Source: Octopus vulgaris (taxonomy: Eukaryota). From it: 64,000 nucleotides of DNA. The translations under genes were made by a program, and so were the position numbers. Positions within the stretch are counted from its first letter, which is position 1; the number at the start of each line of letters is the position of its first letter. The notes beneath the pieces were generated by a model, which was not told the origin of the DNA, made no database searches, and saw nothing but the letters and a program-made list of their open reading frames with translations. This document shows positions 62,777 through 64,000 of the stretch, piece after piece. The DNA lies in contig OX597815.1 in assembly GCA_951406725.2 (NCBI GenBank), forward strand, positions 33,790,001 through 33,854,000. The letters are read 5' to 3'.

Positions 62777-63270
62777 CTACACTACCCATGACCTATTGGG
62801 TCACTGGGAAACTCAGTTTCCCAGCAACAGTTTTGTTTTGTGGGTCTTTTCTTTTCCAGGTTATTTTACATGCTTTCAAACAATGTGACATTGAAATCAC
62901 CTGTAAACGGCTCCTTTCCCCCCAGAAAAGGAAAGATTTGGTTGCTATTTCTTGCACACCCTGCTACCATGTAACAGGTATGTCAGATCCTTTATCACAA
63001 ATAGCTGTTATGTAGTAGCGGGGCCTGCTAGAAATAGCAGCCAAATCTTTGGAGGTGAGATAACGAATGCATTCAAAAAAATACCCAGGGAAAAAAACTA
63101 TTTCTCACCGAGGTTACGAAGTGCATGATATATATGTGTTTATGTATGTATGTATGTATGCATGCAGATGTGTACATGCGTATGCATGTATGTACACATA
63201 TTTGTATGTATGCGAGCATTTACGTATATAAGTGTGTTGACGTATCTGCGTTTGTGAGTGTATGTAAACA

Positions 63271-63680
63271 TAGGCGCAGGAGTGGCTGTGTGGTAAGTAG
63301 CTTGCTAACCAACCACATGGTTCCGGGTTCAGTCCCACTGCGTGGCATCTTGGGCAAGTGTCTTCTGCTATGGCCCCGGGCCGACCAAATCCTTGTGAGT
63401 GGATTTGGTAGACGGAAACTGAAAGAAGCCTGTCGTATATATGTATATATATATAAGTGTGTGTGTATATGTTTGTGTGTATGTGTTTGTCCCCCTAGCA
63501 TTGCTTGACAACCGATGCTGGTGTGTTTACGTCCCCATCACTTAGCGGTTCGGCAGAAGAGACCGATAGAATAAGTACTGGGCTTACAAAGAATAAGTCC
63601 CGGGGTCGATTTGCTCGACTAAAGGCGGTGCTCCAGCATAGCCGCAGTCAAATGACTGAAACAAGTAAAAGAGTAAAGAG
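63271..63680 (+). mobile_element. SINE family A, full length
   Basis: ggcgcaggagtggctgtgtggtaag ... gaaacaagtaaaagagtaaagag. Confidence 0.9.
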
Positions 63681-64000
63681 TATATGTTTATATACTGATA
63701 TGTATGTCTGTTCAAGTTGTATATGTGACTGCTGCTTTGTCGAAGGTTGTATGTATATATATTTGCTGTAAAAATACAAATATTTTTCCGTTGTCAAATC
63801 AGTCTAATTTCTTCCGTTTTAGGATGAAGTTGAATTCGAAGCATTTTCACATTATGCACCATTTTGGGTATTTATTCCCCAAACCCTGAATATCTCAATA
63901 ACTACTGCTCCAATTTACATGAAACATGTTTCATTCCATTCCTATTAACATTTCAGGGTAAATTTAATTCATAGTATTTTCCCATTATGCGCCAGTTTGC

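Noticed and set aside
62860-62977. Possible exon 2 of the 57017 gene (strong acceptor, CAG|GTATGT donor, open in phase 0)
   Set aside because: The peptide is not recognisable, and its 3' part overlaps one arm of a dispersed inverted repeat (gatttggttgctatttc / gaaatagcagccaaatc). It cannot be supported without transcripts.
1-64000. CRISPR arrays, rRNA genes, bona fide tRNA genes, bacterial operons
   Set aside because: No repeat-spacer periodicity or rRNA signatures were seen. The tRNA-like A/B boxes belong to SINE heads and do not form cloverleaves.

Overview
AT-rich, repeat-dense eukaryotic DNA. The SINE families, microsatellites and LINE/mariner/Penelope content point to a cephalopod, most likely Octopus (inference). 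Three genes are supported. (1) The 5' half of an NME8/TXNDC3-like ciliary thioredoxin-NDK gene on the minus strand: five coding exons with consistent phases (13289 down to 352, continuing off the left edge), plus a probable non-coding first exon with an RFX X-box near 29.06-29.10 kb. Its thioredoxin motif reads WAGPC instead of WCGPC. (2) An intronless camello/NAT8-like GNAT acetyltransferase (35393-36082, +) with a TATA box. (3) The first coding exon of an unidentified gene (57017-57217, +). The rest is SINEs, RTE/CR1/R4 LINE fragments, mariner remnants, MITEs, a Helitron end and a Penelope-like RT fragment inside (TA)n arrays. The most notable signals are five type I hammerhead-ribozyme-like motifs next to (TA)n tracts (one structurally near-complete and in the sense strand of the putative NME8 intron 1), an inverted RTE pair bracketing two NME8 exons that would form a 240-nt stop-free circle, and a 672-bp foldback element with a telomere-like core and an 8-bp TSD. 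All calls were made by eye, and repeat boundaries are approximate.
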